A stretch of DNA of 63,944 bases, the filler included, from Craspedostauros australis (lineage: Eukaryota), in assembly GCA_030167865.1 (NCBI GenBank). It is 8 parts of 8 records of this genome, joined end to end, with 100 filler letters (N's around TTAATTAATTAA, not from the genome) between each part and the next. Parts side by side here need not be neighbours in the genome. Positions count along the whole stretch, not along the records: positions 34,652 to 51,947 come from JALAGF010004298.1; 7 more parts are not named here. One strand, written 5' to 3'. The translations under genes were made by a program, and so were the position numbers. The notes below the pieces were generated by a model. The model searched no databases. It had not been told where the DNA came from and saw only the letters and a program-made list of their open reading frames with translations. Shown piece by piece: positions 37,901 to 49,082 of the stretch. Positions within the stretch are counted from its first letter, which is position 1, and the number at the start of each line of letters is the position of its first letter.

Positions 37901-40083
37901 CATTGCCAATGTCGCCAAATCGAAAGAAGGAGAAGCAGGCGAGCGCCTTTGGTGCCAACACCAGCAGCGCATTACCACAAACTGCGAAGAGCACGAAGAC
38001 CCGCAAAGAGAAGTACCATGAATCGCTCTTGCTGGACTTGGACAGTGATACCGATGCTGATGCTGAAGACATGAAGAATCGCAGAGTCACCCACAAGCAA
38101 AAGGCGCGGTCGCGAGACGAAGGGAAGCCACAGAAGTCCGGCGTGCCATCGATTCCATTGCCAGAATTACCATCCACCATCAATGCAACTGCATCTGCAA
38201 CCGCATCTGCAACCACATCTGCACCCGCACCAACAAGCAAACCAGAACCTCCCTTCGTCCCTCGCCAAGTGTTTCCACGAAACACCATCCAAGAAATGCG
38301 CCCGTTGTTCCCATCAGGACCCGCGGATACTGAAACTGCCCAGCGCTTGTTGGCGATGGCAGAAGGCAGAGACTATGACGCAGAGCAACAAGCAAAGCAA
38401 CTGACAGAAGTGAAAGGAGCAGCAGCAGCATCCGCCGCTGAAGACAAGGGCACGACCGACAGCATCGAGGACAGTGCAGATTCTCTCGTTCCCGGCGTCG
38501 GTGGAATTCACAACACGGTAGCTGCAGCTGCGGCTGCCGCCACATCAAGCAAGGTGCGTTCTGTCTCCACTCCACCAACCAACACCAAACCGCACAAGAT
38601 TCCGCAAACCCCAAGATCCACATCACCACGCAGCGGCAGGCGCAAGGCAAGACGCTTGAGTTACACCCCGCTGCAATTCGTCCCCGTTTCACGCAAGCGA
38701 AGTCCAACATCCAGCCCCATCACACCAAAGAGCAGGAATCCGAGATCGCCATCAACCAGCAGGCGCAGCCATCAATCGCCATTGTCTCTGTCTCCAGGAC
38801 AAGCCGCACATGCACATGACGGACTGCTAACTTGCAAGCAGCGTCTCTTCCCACCTTCCAGACCCGCCGTATCCAAACAAATCAAAGCAGCCTCGCTCAA
38901 ACCGAAGACGACGGTGGGCAGACGGCTCGATGAAGACTTGATGGCTTCGTGTATGGGCGAAGAGGAGGTGCAACAGGCAGCGAAGGGCGAGAAGGTTGTC
39001 GGTGTCAACAACAGCAGTACTAGCAACACGAAGATCACAGACAAGCACAAGGACACCAAGGGAGCTGATGCAACTGGTATTGAGGATCCGTCACGATTGC
39101 AAATGACCAACAGAGGAACCAATTCGCGTATCAACACGGACATGCCCAGTTCCGATGAAGAAGATGAAGACGACTTGCTTGACACGAAGGGATTGGCAAC
39201 ATCAGCATCCTACCGTCGCAAGACGGATGAAGGTCCAAGCATAGCCACTGGCAACAAGAGCAACGATGGCAGCAAAGTCAACCCTGAACAGTCGCAGAAG
39301 AATCGGGTTGCATCGGTTACTTGTGCGTCCAAAACGACAGCGTCGACCAAACCAACGCCCGTCACAAGCCAAGACACGATATCCGTCAGCAGCGATTCAT
39401 CTGACAGTGATGACAGTGGCGCTGATGACGACTCCGATGATTCTGCGAAAGAGAGAGGCGCTGAAGCAGCTGAGATTGAAGTGATCGAGATTCAGGATTC
39501 GCCGGACAAGTTGCCGCACACTGCCATCGAGTCTCAAGAGATGCAGAAGGATCTGAATCAATCAGCAACCGCTGCAGCAGCAACGACAGCAGCAACGACG
39601 GCAAGCGTACAGTCTCCCACGACATCCAAGATGTTCCAGCGCACGAGAAGCACAAAGAGAAGGAGGACCAAACGAAAGGTCCACGGGAGTGACTGGCTCG
39701 CCACCAACATCCCAACCTCTGGTCATGAATCTCGCCTGAACACCAATGCCAAGAGCAGCAGCAGCAGCAACAACAACAACAACAGTGGAACACCCAGTCA
39801 ATCCAGCATCTTCCCCCGCTTCCAGGTCCGCAAACGGCCGCTTGCAAGCATCACGAAGCGCTCACGCTCCAAGCGCCATGGTGACGGTGAGGCTGGTGAT
39901 GGCGATGATGGGAAGATGGCTGCCGAACAAGAGAATCGCGATGGCAACATCATGCACGGCATGTCGAAGACGGCACATCCCTCCAAACGTCAGAGGACTG
40001 CAAGAGGCAAGCCAATCCGACCCGTCATGCTTCCTGATGAACAAACGAACAAACAACCAAACGGCCAGACGACGCAGGCATGA
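34954..40083 (+). CDS. 1709-aa low-complexity Ser/Lys/Arg/Asp-rich, probably nuclear protein with one small globular island
   Basis: 5.1 kb uninterrupted ORF with poly-K (AAG)n and many NLS-like clusters. The ordered island is REPLRPGDIVEYTHPLFVLG...GHRIAMV...YPLALNNGDTIP...YKPLGWYSL. Confidence 0.85.
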   Translation: MSRSSRKTDSRHRSSSTSIRKDSAQHRASRSDDIEVKTRSKAMSKTSSRSRSRSNNKLKRLLSSPSEKKKAPRSARKSVKQTFLFNSRSPAGGKRRSKSRSGMRDSSSRSKLCSRPSILANASGGDGKRTHHAADVARISGRHKRDDDMKNVSHKIDHGKRKSEKRRKLDRIINISINSDGDSNSDGDGDSDTSVSCAEGETRQTVRRYRQSKVTLKKSPIRTSIRTSKKSANADERNKMKQIQRSSYASNKQHQKQQQHPQPKKKKKTKQKTIVLRVSLCSSSDESSAESSADVCVPPSSPSSDSSAQLSEQLSARNPERSDSESKTGMPSDHGSSSSDSEDYPFSLSQLHSNSFDGSDNDNEEEESPAPSPTSTKLHTHCSEKKKKKKKKKKKRFSLSRRHGHDHGKFAKSSSLSSSESEDTVMERRLARQQRRQLQAQVQQQQQRKEHKADTKEHAHGCDIADEDLEIPYRMKWSDMDDDEGEDEDDIDGGRDRGHGHRRGKKYARHKRKGAHTSKHQHKRKSEHNDGETKQKKTQSIKKAASTASTTSNLSTPNNRHSKHSNREKEDRQAPTTRNRSTNRSHNRSHNDNRCPNESDSQASSANNASNTTSSSTDTSSEDETGWSPSQIVQVGPTGSNRLRHKQYGREPLRPGDIVEYTHPLFVLGSAQGHRIAMVMSVKDHDDSKPTGTRKSNVGRRQNDVPRSPSQLPPKKQILNDQRSSAGAPSGTDTDSMQESPSLCRYPLALNNGDTIPRDTSIRRIYEYDAKLRDWLHHLGGMYKPLGWYSLRSGSLLLDSTAHTSAGIDQKVKQLRAIKDKVMGEAWSKLNAGEFDHPCGHENVAVTAGGDGGVNEKKCDHGVDGDAGRAPKSDVADANKAAVRDTIEQRDETTNEHENPNGKGKGKEANDDGGDDGDDGDVIMIDGDDGSDGSDDGSDGDQRSILQAAEATTTTKTDAHSEHSHPLDDSSSSSSSSEDESLPLPMSPNRKKEKQASAFGANTSSALPQTAKSTKTRKEKYHESLLLDLDSDTDADAEDMKNRRVTHKQKARSRDEGKPQKSGVPSIPLPELPSTINATASATASATTSAPAPTSKPEPPFVPRQVFPRNTIQEMRPLFPSGPADTETAQRLLAMAEGRDYDAEQQAKQLTEVKGAAAASAAEDKGTTDSIEDSADSLVPGVGGIHNTVAAAAAAATSSKVRSVSTPPTNTKPHKIPQTPRSTSPRSGRRKARRLSYTPLQFVPVSRKRSPTSSPITPKSRNPRSPSTSRRSHQSPLSLSPGQAAHAHDGLLTCKQRLFPPSRPAVSKQIKAASLKPKTTVGRRLDEDLMASCMGEEEVQQAAKGEKVVGVNNSSTSNTKITDKHKDTKGADATGIEDPSRLQMTNRGTNSRINTDMPSSDEEDEDDLLDTKGLATSASYRRKTDEGPSIATGNKSNDGSKVNPEQSQKNRVASVTCASKTTASTKPTPVTSQDTISVSSDSSDSDDSGADDDSDDSAKERGAEAAEIEVIEIQDSPDKLPHTAIESQEMQKDLNQSATAAAATTAATTASVQSPTTSKMFQRTRSTKRRRTKRKVHGSDWLATNIPTSGHESRLNTNAKSSSSSNNNNNSGTPSQSSIFPRFQVRKRPLASITKRSRSKRHGDGEAGDGDDGKMAAEQENRDGNIMHGMSKTAHPSKRQRTARGKPIRPVMLPDEQTNKQPNGQTTQA

Positions 40084-40755
40084 CATGCGAGGAGGCACAT
40101 GATACATGCATAGCATGATGTGTAATATGATATTATATAATATAATGGAGATACAAGCATTATATAAGAGATGAGTGCAACCTGCAATACGACCGCGAAG
40201 TTTCGTGCAGAACATGAGCAGGAAGAACGAACGATAGTGGCTGTAGTGGACGAGCTTCGAGCATGCCGTGTAGCACTTCGATCTGGATGATTGTCTTGGT
40301 GTCTCAGGCCTGCCACTCGGCGCTCTTGCGTGCTCTCCGATGGGAACTTCTGCACGCGCACATACCCATTTCCTTCGTCTTGCGTCGTCATCCCGCGAGA
40401 TTGTTTATTCCTGTTGTGGTTGCGTTGCTGCTATTCCACGATTCTTCCGAAGCAACGAACAACCGGAGAATCGCCCGCCGCCGTTGTTGGTGGCATCTTT
40501 CGGAACAATCGCCACACAAACCAATTCCGCAAATGGCGAACGGCCATCTTGCGATCGACATCGACCACACTCATCGCAGCCAGTGTCGGACCAACAAAAC
40601 GGCATCGCCGCTTTGGCTCCATCCGCAATCGTGGACAAAAATCCTCAATCCGCACGTTCTTCCACAAACTTGCGCACGCCATTTTATTGTATTGTAATAC
40701 GACTATAATACCAAACAACAACAGCGCCGTCATTGGTACTGTTTCTACACTCACA

Positions 40756-42688
40756 ATGAATGTCAACAATGCATCGGCGGACGGCGGTAATTGCTCCGCC
40801 CATTGCCAACCTTGCCAACCATGCCTCCCATTTCTGAGCACGAACGCAAACACAGCCGCATACTCGCGACATGGCAACCCGGATGCTTTTGGGATGGATG
40901 GTTCAGGATTTGCGTTCCTCCCGCGCAATGGCGGCATGGACAGCCTCGGCGGGAGTTCCACGGCCAGCAGCAGCAACGAGAGCGCCGGCATCGATGGGCA
41001 GCTCCACGGTTCCGCAGGAGGTGATGACAAACTGACACAGGGTGAATTCCTTCTGGCCAAGGATCTTGAGAAGCTGTCTTTGAAAGAACGCGAGAGGGTT
41101 TACGATGACATCCATGGTGTGGCGAAGGAACCGACGATGCCGCACGACCCTGCCTTCGTCGCAACTGCGTTGGAAGAGTTGGAAGACAAGCTGACGAGGA
41201 TACGCGAAAAGAACGCATACAACTTGGCGCTCTTTCTCTACCCGCGGCACGTCAAGGACCCCAACCTACGGTTGATGTACCTGCACGCTTTCGACTTCAA
41301 CATTGACACTTCGGCCAGAAAGCTCGTCAACATGTTTCAAAAGAAGCTGGAGATCTTCGGGCGCACCAAGCTCGGCCAAGTGATCACCCTCGAAGATCTA
41401 TCGCCAGGGGGTCAAGAGTTGTTCAAGTCGGGCACTTTCCAGTTCTATTCCAAGGATGTGCGAGACAGATCAGGACGTCCCATCCTCTTTTTGTGTGGGA
41501 GCGCAATGGATCCGATGTACAGGCTAAAAGACGTGGTGAGTGGTGCAGTGGTGCGATGGTCCGATATCAGATAGCAGGGAAGAGAGGGTGCGGAACTGCC
41601 TTGCATCATGCATACTCGCACAATACCCAGCAACTGCTCCGACACGCTACTCTACGCCAAGCCTGTTGGCCGAATCCGTATCGCATGCATCTCGGCAGTA
41701 CCTACGGATATGGTATTGGCAGGATTGCGTCCGCACAATCAAATGCTCACTCATTCGTCCGGTCCCTCCGATACATCCCCAATGTGCTGTCTGCCATATG
41801 TCTGCCACACCGTATGTACTTGTACGCTCACTCGTATATGGACACACACAAACCAATGATCCATCGCGCTACACCACCAAACAATGACACTGAATGGCCA
41901 CGATCAAATCACATTCGCACTCTCATCGGATGCGCGCAATGGTATGCCACGGGTACGTTGCACAGGAAGAGGTCTTCTTTTATATCCTGATGAAGGGCGC
42001 GCACGAAATGACAATGAAGGAGATTGCTGTTGGGTTCGTTGGCATAACCCATCACGTCGACGTGAAGAAGTCCCCTCGGGACTTAGTGGGAACGCTGACA
42101 AGAACCATCGCCATCGCCAAGACGGTGCCGCTGCGCGTCGCAGCGTGTCACATGTGCAGCGATAATACGGCATTGATCGGCGCCGCGTCCCTATTCCAGG
42201 TGTCCATCAACGCCAGCGCCAGGGTCCGGGTGCGGACGTGCGTCGGATCCTTCACCGAAGTGATGTACTACCTCGCGACATTCGGTATCGACGGGTCCGT
42301 CTTTCCGCTGGATTCCTTGGGAAGGATGCGCAGCGAGCGGTTGGAGGAACTGATGGCGTTGCGGCGCAAACGCGAGCGAGATGCGTCCGCGGCAATCCCT
42401 CACGATCTGATACCGACCGATCTGGATGTGCTGATAGGACGCGGGCGGCCATTCCAGAATCATGCCGGGAATATCCGGTTCTTGCAGCTGATCGATTCGT
42501 TCCGCGAGGAGCATGCTGCGTCCACCAAGGCCATGAAGTCCAAGTTAGCGCAACGGGTGAAGCTGCTGATCTTGGAAAGCGGGGCGCGGTTCCTCAAGCA
42601 AAGCAAGGATGGGTTGGGCTGGGAGGTGGTGAAGGATGAGGAAGCACGACGCAAGGTACGGCATGGATTCCGTGCCAAACATCCATGA
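40756..42688 (+). CDS. CRAL-TRIO-like + DUF6824-type protein, paralog A (500 aa); exons 40756-41535 and 41966-42688
   Basis: LSLKERERVYDDIHGV, KNAYNLA..YP..VKDPNLRLMYL, KKLEIFG..KLGQVITLEDL, RDRSGRP; C-terminal DVLIGRGRPFQNHAGN...GARFLK...WEVV..EEARRKVRHGFR; GT-AG phase-0 intron. Confidence 0.85.
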
Positions 42689-43594
42689 GCATCCATGAGC
42701 ATGCATGGGCGTGCATGGCAATATGTACTAGTGGAGTACACGGAGAGCAGATAGAACAGAGTGCCGAGTAGCTCGTATAATAGAATAGAATTGAGTGTAG
42801 AACAAAGTAGAGTGATGGAAGCGTTTGACTCCGCCGATCAGTGATGTCGTAATCTGTTGATGCGACCCAGGGATGGCCTCATGTGTCGTGACAGCATCAT
42901 CCTTGCGCATGGCAACACCATCGTCGGCAATGGTGGGACATGCACCGCCTCTATCCCCCACGGTTGCGATCCTGTCTGCGTGTTTGACGTGTTGGTCGTG
43001 ATTTGCACTCAACGTCACATCGGCGAAGCGCTCAAATGTGAATGTCACAAGAATGAGGCTTGCTGCAACCTCGCATACGGTACTCAATCACTCATTTTGG
43101 CCATTATGATTGGAGGAGGGAGATTCGTTTTCTGATCGTCGTGTCAATGGTGTCTTTTGATTGGTTGCAGAACGCAGAGAAATGTCCGATGAGTCATCAA
43201 GATGTCGAATCGTGTTGTGGCAACAAGAACTTGCTCTCGACGAAGGAGAACATCACAAGCGGTATCATCGACAACGAGCCACAACATGTTCTTTGCAGAT
43301 ACCGCTTGTGGCCAAACAAGAACAATTCCGAGAACGGATCAGAGGAGTTGAGCGTGCTCTGTGTTCCGCAATCGTTGCACACAACGAAGACCACTGCCCA
43401 TCCAGCAAGGAAGTCGCACGAGCAGTTCATGGAGATGCTGCGGTGATCATAATCCCGAAGCAACGAGGAGCAACGGGAGGCAGTCTAAACGTATTGGTGG
43501 AGAGGCCGAGATCGCCCCTTGCCTTTCAAGGCAGCTCACTCCGAGAGAGCGAAAGCGGAACACAGCACAGCGCCGCATCTGGAAGTGCGCAAGT

Positions 43595-45354
43595 ATGGCA
43601 CCAGCAGCAGCATCATCTGGAGGAGGACAAGATTCGACGAGGGATTCTGTCTTCGGCCCGATGGGAAGCTGTTCAGACCGCGGCTCCGTGCCTCACAATG
43701 GGACCTCGCTGTCAGGCAGAAAGCGTCGGCAGAACCACGACAATAGTGACGATTCGGCCTCATCCATCTCATCCAACATGAGAGAAGAAGCCAGCTGCGT
43801 CCCATGCCTTTCGTTCCTTTCTACAAGACAGCGCAGAACCAACGCGTTGAATCTGGCCACTCCAGATTCCCATGCCGCGGCCACAACATCAAAGGCCCCA
43901 TCCAGGCTCACGGATGGCGATGTGCTGCAGGCAACAGATCTCATCAACCTCTCCCTCGAGGAACGCACGAAAGCCGAGGAGGATGTGCATGGCGTCTCCC
44001 ACCGACCCATCTCCAAGGATCCAAACTTCCACCAGGAGTCCCTGCAGGCCTTGGATACCAAGCTGCGCAAGATACGGGAAAAGAAGGCCTACGACCTCGC
44101 CGCCTTCCTCTATCCATCCTACACCAAGGATCCGGAATTCCGCCTCATCTTTCTGCGCATCGCGGACTTTAATGTGGATCTCGCGGCGCGACGGCTGGTG
44201 CTCTTCTTCAAGAAGAAATTGGAGCTATTTGGCAAGAAGATGCTGGGTCGGCGCGTGTCGTTGCGGGATATGGGCGACGATGTCGTCGAGGCATTCGAGT
44301 TGGGCTGCTTTCAATTATTTCCCCGCAACGTACGCGATCAGTCGGGACGGCCCGTCTACTTTCACATGTCATCGGCGTATGGCCAAACGAACAAGCTCAG
44401 TTTGGTACGTTGGGAGATTGTGATGTTGCGGTTCTGTCGAATGTGTCTTCATTTGATATGTGCTGCTTGTATATGTATTAACAGAGTGTTTGCTACGTGC
44501 CCATATGCAGAGCTGCTTCTTGTCAATACGTAGTTCTGTTATAGTATTGATAACTTGCCCACTGATCACACTCCCCCACCCGTTTGATCGGTCATACCAT
44601 ACCATTCCTTGTACTATACCACGCAATTCGACAGCTGAAGTCATTCTTCTACACCATGCTTGCTGGGATTCAAGAAATGTCTGTGGATGATCACCAGCGC
44701 GGATCCGTGATCGTCATTCACTTTCTCGGCGTCGAGGATACGCCGCAGGAGTTCCTTGACTTCATCATGAGGGGGATGGACGTCGTGCGGTCGCTGCCCC
44801 TCAAGGCTGCCAGCCTTCACATCTGCAGCGACAACCCGGCCTTCCAGAACGCGGTTTCCCTCGTGCAGCTCTCCGTCACGCAAAGGGCGCGCGTGCGACT
44901 GCGCCTTCATTTCGGTTCCTACCTGGAGATCGTGTACGCCCTGCAGAGCTTTGGCATCAGTGCCTCCATCTTTCCGATGGAAATCGAATCGCACGTAGAT
45001 CAAGAGAGGTTCCAGCTCTACTTGCAGCAGCGCAAACAGAGAGAAGAAGCGGAATGGACGAACACCGAGCTGTCGCCACAAGACAATGATGTGCTGCTGG
45101 GACGTGGCAAGCCGTACCAATCGCACAGCGGCAATGTCCAATTCGGAAATCTGATTGATCGGTATCGGCAGGAATACATGGCGACGGTCGACAAAGATGC
45201 GCGGCTTTCCCTCGTGCTCAACATCCTGCGCATTGTGAGGGAAGACATGGGGGGACGATTTTTGAAATTGAATGCGAGCGGGAAGTTTTGGCAAGTCGCA
45301 ACGGAGGAGGAAGCACGCAGGAAAGCGCGTCATGTTCTGCGTCCCAAAGTGTGA
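43595..45354 (+). CDS. CRAL-TRIO-like + DUF6824-type protein, paralog B; exons 43595-44404 and 44635-45354 (start uncertain, alternative ATG 43778)
   Basis: LSLEERTKAEEDVHGV, KDPEFRLIFLR, RDQSGRP, DVLLGRGKPYQSHSGN, GGRFLK, ARRKARHVLR; intron at the same position and phase as in A. Confidence 0.85.
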
Positions 45355-46319
45355 TGGCCGCTCCTCCCTCCCTTCCTCCGTTTGCAATTCTCCGCCTTTC
45401 AATCGGATGCTCCACTTTATCCAGAATGGGATACATGCTTTGTGAGAATCGAGATTCAATGTGGCTGTTGAGCCTTATTTACGTGGAACAGAATGAGACT
45501 GAGATTGTGGCACGATCATCTGACGTAGTTTTTATGAATGCAGACGAGAAGAGATGCAACAATGCGATGGGCCATCGGCGCAGCATCCTACCGGCCATCA
45601 ATAGAATCGATTTCCTGCCCATGGAAGGGCAGCTCACTTTGCAACAAATGTGCGACACTGAGAGCAAGAGGTTCTACATATCCTTAGCATTTTACAAGTA
45701 TGAATATGTGTAAGAGTATAAGTATGAGTAGGGCAATGTTAGAATACCACTAGCTCGTGCAGCATCAGTCCAACCCAAGATCAACAGACATCTCTTCAGC
45801 ACACGCCCCACTTGTTGCTGCTCTATTCTCGCTCGCGTAACCGAATTTGTGACAGGAAGGAACATGCACGTTTGACATTGATTCCAGTCGTGTAATGTGT
45901 AGTCAACGGAGTCCATATCAATGACTTCAAGAACTTCGAAGATCACCAATCAGCATTGATGAGCGATGACATCACCCTAAAAACACGGTTCGCAATCGAT
46001 GGGAAAATGAAAACGGAATCGAAAAGAGACACGATTTTGTTCCACCCATCTGTTCGGAACAGAACAACAAATGGCGGTGCCATCCCAAATGCTGCCAAAA
46101 GAAGAGGAAGAGTGTTCCGTGTCGAGTGCGCCAAACGACGCATCTGAGTTGGTGTCGTCATCTCTCTCTCTCTCTTTCTCGTTCTCGTTCTGTTTGCCTA
46201 TCCCAACTTCGGAGCGAAGGAAGCACCAGTACGATCAACGAGTTGGAGAGAGTCGTGTTTGGTCGCGGTCATCATGGGAATGATTTTCCTCTTCTCATTT
46301 GTTTGAGGATCTGCAAAAC

Positions 46320-48323
46320 ATGACGGCATCGCAATTGATCCCGTGGACCTTGAGCCTGGTGCTCTTCATCTCCCTCCTCTCAGCCCATGGCTTCACTCCT
46401 TCGGCGATCCGGGGTGGGCCGGGACGTGGATTTGGCGACTTGAACGGATCCCAGCGCAGCAGCAGACCGTTCCCCAAGCCCCTCTCCGATGCATCGTCGT
46501 CAGCATCAGCGTGGGCATCAGTGTCAGTATCAGTGTCGTCCACGACAAGTTCCACAAGACTGCGCAGCGGAGGTCCGCCCGAAGACAAGCCGCCGGCCGA
46601 TGAGTGCCCTCTGGACGAGTCGGCCGTCATGGAATGCCTCGTGGATTCCGGATACGAGGAGACCACAAGTCATCAGGAATCGTTTGCTCTCGTCAGCAAG
46701 GTGGTCGTCGCTCGTGTGGAATCCTTGAGGGATCGCTTCCCTTCCTTCGAAGAAACGAACGACCTTGGCTCCAACATGATCAAGTTCAACAAGCGCAACC
46801 GCCACGGATCGGACCTCGTCACGTCGCAGATGATGGCGCAGGCCATGATGACGATGCAGCGTAATGTCAACGGCACTGACGCCTTCAACGGCAGTAGCAA
46901 TGGCATCCCAAATGGGAAGGGGTACACAAACGGCAAGTCCGCAACCAATGGCAATAACGGCAGTGCTGATGATGGGGATGTCACCAACGGCGTCAACTCG
47001 CACGTCGCCAACCTGGAGTACAACGAGCTGGTCGATGATGATGAGATCGTGCTCGTCGACGCCCTGCGCAAGCCCGGCATGGCATCCGTGTCCCGTGCAT
47101 TCTGCGCTGCGGGTCCTCGGAAGTACCTCCACTTTGATCCATCCAAGGTCAATGCGGCGATCGTCACGTGCGGCGGACTGTGCCCTGGTCTCAACAACGT
47201 CATCCGAGAGATCGTCCATTCCCTCTACTACCTCTACGGTGCCGATAAGGTCTGGGGCGTGCAGGGTGGATACAACGGCTTCCACGACTCCAGCTCGTTC
47301 CCGCCCATCCACCTCACCAACGAACTCGTCCAGGACATCCATCGCAAGGGCGGCACCATCCTGCGTTCATCGCGGGGCGGATTCGACATCGACAAGATCC
47401 TCGGATTTTGCAGCAAGTACAACATCTCCCAGCTCTACATCATCGGTGGCGACGGCACGCACCGCGGTGCCTACGCCGTCCACCAGGCCTGCATCGAGCG
47501 CAACCTCAACATCGCCGTCGCCGGCGTCCCCAAGACCATCGATAATGACATCGCCCTCATCGACCGCACGTTCGGATTCCAGAGCGCCGTGGAATCGGCC
47601 TTGGCCAGCATCGAGACGGCGCGAACGGAAGCAACGTGCTTCATCCCCAACGGCGTTGGCATCGTCAAGCTCATGGGACGGTCGGCCGGTTTCCTGGCCG
47701 CGTTTGCAGCGCTGGGATCGGGCGATGTGGATCTCGTGCTCGTGCCTGAGGTTCCGATCGTGCTCGAGGGTCCCGACGGTATCCTGCCCTTCTTGCGACA
47801 GCGATTGAAGGAGCAGGGATACGTCGTGGTGGTCGTCGCGGAAGGCGCCGGAGAAGACCTTGTTGGCGTTTCGGATGAACGTGACAAGGGTGGCAACCGC
47901 AAACTCAGAGACATCGGGCCGGTCATGAAGGAAAAGATCACCGAGTTTTTCGCGAAGCATGATGAAGAAGTATCGCTCAAGTACGTCGACCCATCGTACA
48001 TGGTGCGCTCCGTGCCTGCCAACGGCGCCGATTCCCTATACTGCATGCAGCTGGCCCAGAACGCCGTTCATGGGGCCATGGCAGGCAAGACGGGCTTCTC
48101 CGTCGGTCTTGTCAACAGAAACATGGTCTACGTGCCCATCCCACAGCTCGTTGCCGCGTCGCCAAGGTCTATGGATCCGTACGGCAAGACTTGGGAGCAA
48201 ATCTTGACCATGACAGGCCAGCCAAACACGGCTCCTCCGAAGGAGCACAGCAGCCCCGATTACATGGCCTTTGATGGCGTGGAGGGCGTCCGCAGCGGCC
48301 TGACAGAACCGATCGCTCATTAG
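46320..48323 (+). CDS. PFK: ATP-dependent 6-phosphofructokinase (group X/plant-type), probably plastid-targeted
   Basis: AAIVTCGGLCPGLNNVIR, GGTILRSSRG, IGGDGTHRGA, PKTIDND, KLMGRSAGF, AEGAG, KYVDPSYMVRS; signal peptide ending AHG-F. Confidence 0.95.
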   Translation: MTASQLIPWTLSLVLFISLLSAHGFTPSAIRGGPGRGFGDLNGSQRSSRPFPKPLSDASSSASAWASVSVSVSSTTSSTRLRSGGPPEDKPPADECPLDESAVMECLVDSGYEETTSHQESFALVSKVVVARVESLRDRFPSFEETNDLGSNMIKFNKRNRHGSDLVTSQMMAQAMMTMQRNVNGTDAFNGSSNGIPNGKGYTNGKSATNGNNGSADDGDVTNGVNSHVANLEYNELVDDDEIVLVDALRKPGMASVSRAFCAAGPRKYLHFDPSKVNAAIVTCGGLCPGLNNVIREIVHSLYYLYGADKVWGVQGGYNGFHDSSSFPPIHLTNELVQDIHRKGGTILRSSRGGFDIDKILGFCSKYNISQLYIIGGDGTHRGAYAVHQACIERNLNIAVAGVPKTIDNDIALIDRTFGFQSAVESALASIETARTEATCFIPNGVGIVKLMGRSAGFLAAFAALGSGDVDLVLVPEVPIVLEGPDGILPFLRQRLKEQGYVVVVVAEGAGEDLVGVSDERDKGGNRKLRDIGPVMKEKITEFFAKHDEEVSLKYVDPSYMVRSVPANGADSLYCMQLAQNAVHGAMAGKTGFSVGLVNRNMVYVPIPQLVAASPRSMDPYGKTWEQILTMTGQPNTAPPKEHSSPDYMAFDGVEGVRSGLTEPIAH

Positions 48324-48514
48324 AGAGAGAGACGACGACGACGACACGGGAAAACCGGACATATGGTCTACAATCACACATACGAATGCTCGTAGTAGCG
48401 GACAGTAACCATTGGCATTACGAGTATCACTGCTACCATATTTGTACGGGTTCTACTGACCCACTTCAACTCGAAGTCCGCAGCCTGCGTACTTCTTCAT
48501 TTGCATTGCACAAA

Positions 48515-48941
48515 TCACTTCCTTCGAAACACTTGTCAAACCTTAATAGGCTTCATCGTGCGATGCCAAGATCCATGCCGTGCTATTCGTGCTTTGCTTG
48601 AGGAAACGACCACCCTTGGCGAACGCATCGTCCATGACCTCTTCGCGCAGGATCTTGCGCCGCTCCTTGGTTGTCGCCGCGTCGTATCTGGGTCTCAGAG
48701 CCTGGAGGCGCTTCATCATCTTGACGTTGCCTTGGTGCAACTGAAACGGCTTGCCCTTGCCAACCAGAATGTCGTTGTCAGTGGGGATGATATCATTCAG
48801 GTTCTCGAGCTCCAGGGTGCATTCCATTTCTCTGGCTTGGCGCTTTTGAATCCACATTTGGAACCTCTCTGTGATGGAGTCAGAACGCAAGACGCCTTTA
48901 TTGTCATTGTTGGGATCTTCTTGTTTCTCATGTAATGACAA
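48515..48941 (-). pseudogene. 5'-truncated DUF6824 pseudogene
   Basis: DILVGKGKPFQLHQGN...GGRFLK..WILASHDEAY is followed by a frameshift; the shifted frame reads KV*QVFRRK* (CGA>TGA). It has the same CGAAGGAAGTGA terminus as paralog C. Confidence 0.8.
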
Positions 48942-49082
48942 GATGTACTCGTACGTATAATATTATTTTATTGTGTATGACAACACTCAACTTTGTTCAA
49001 CTTCATCTCGCCCCGCCTGTTGCCGATGACTCATTCATTCACTAGTTCCTGCATCCATGATTGCATCTATTCCCACAATCAC

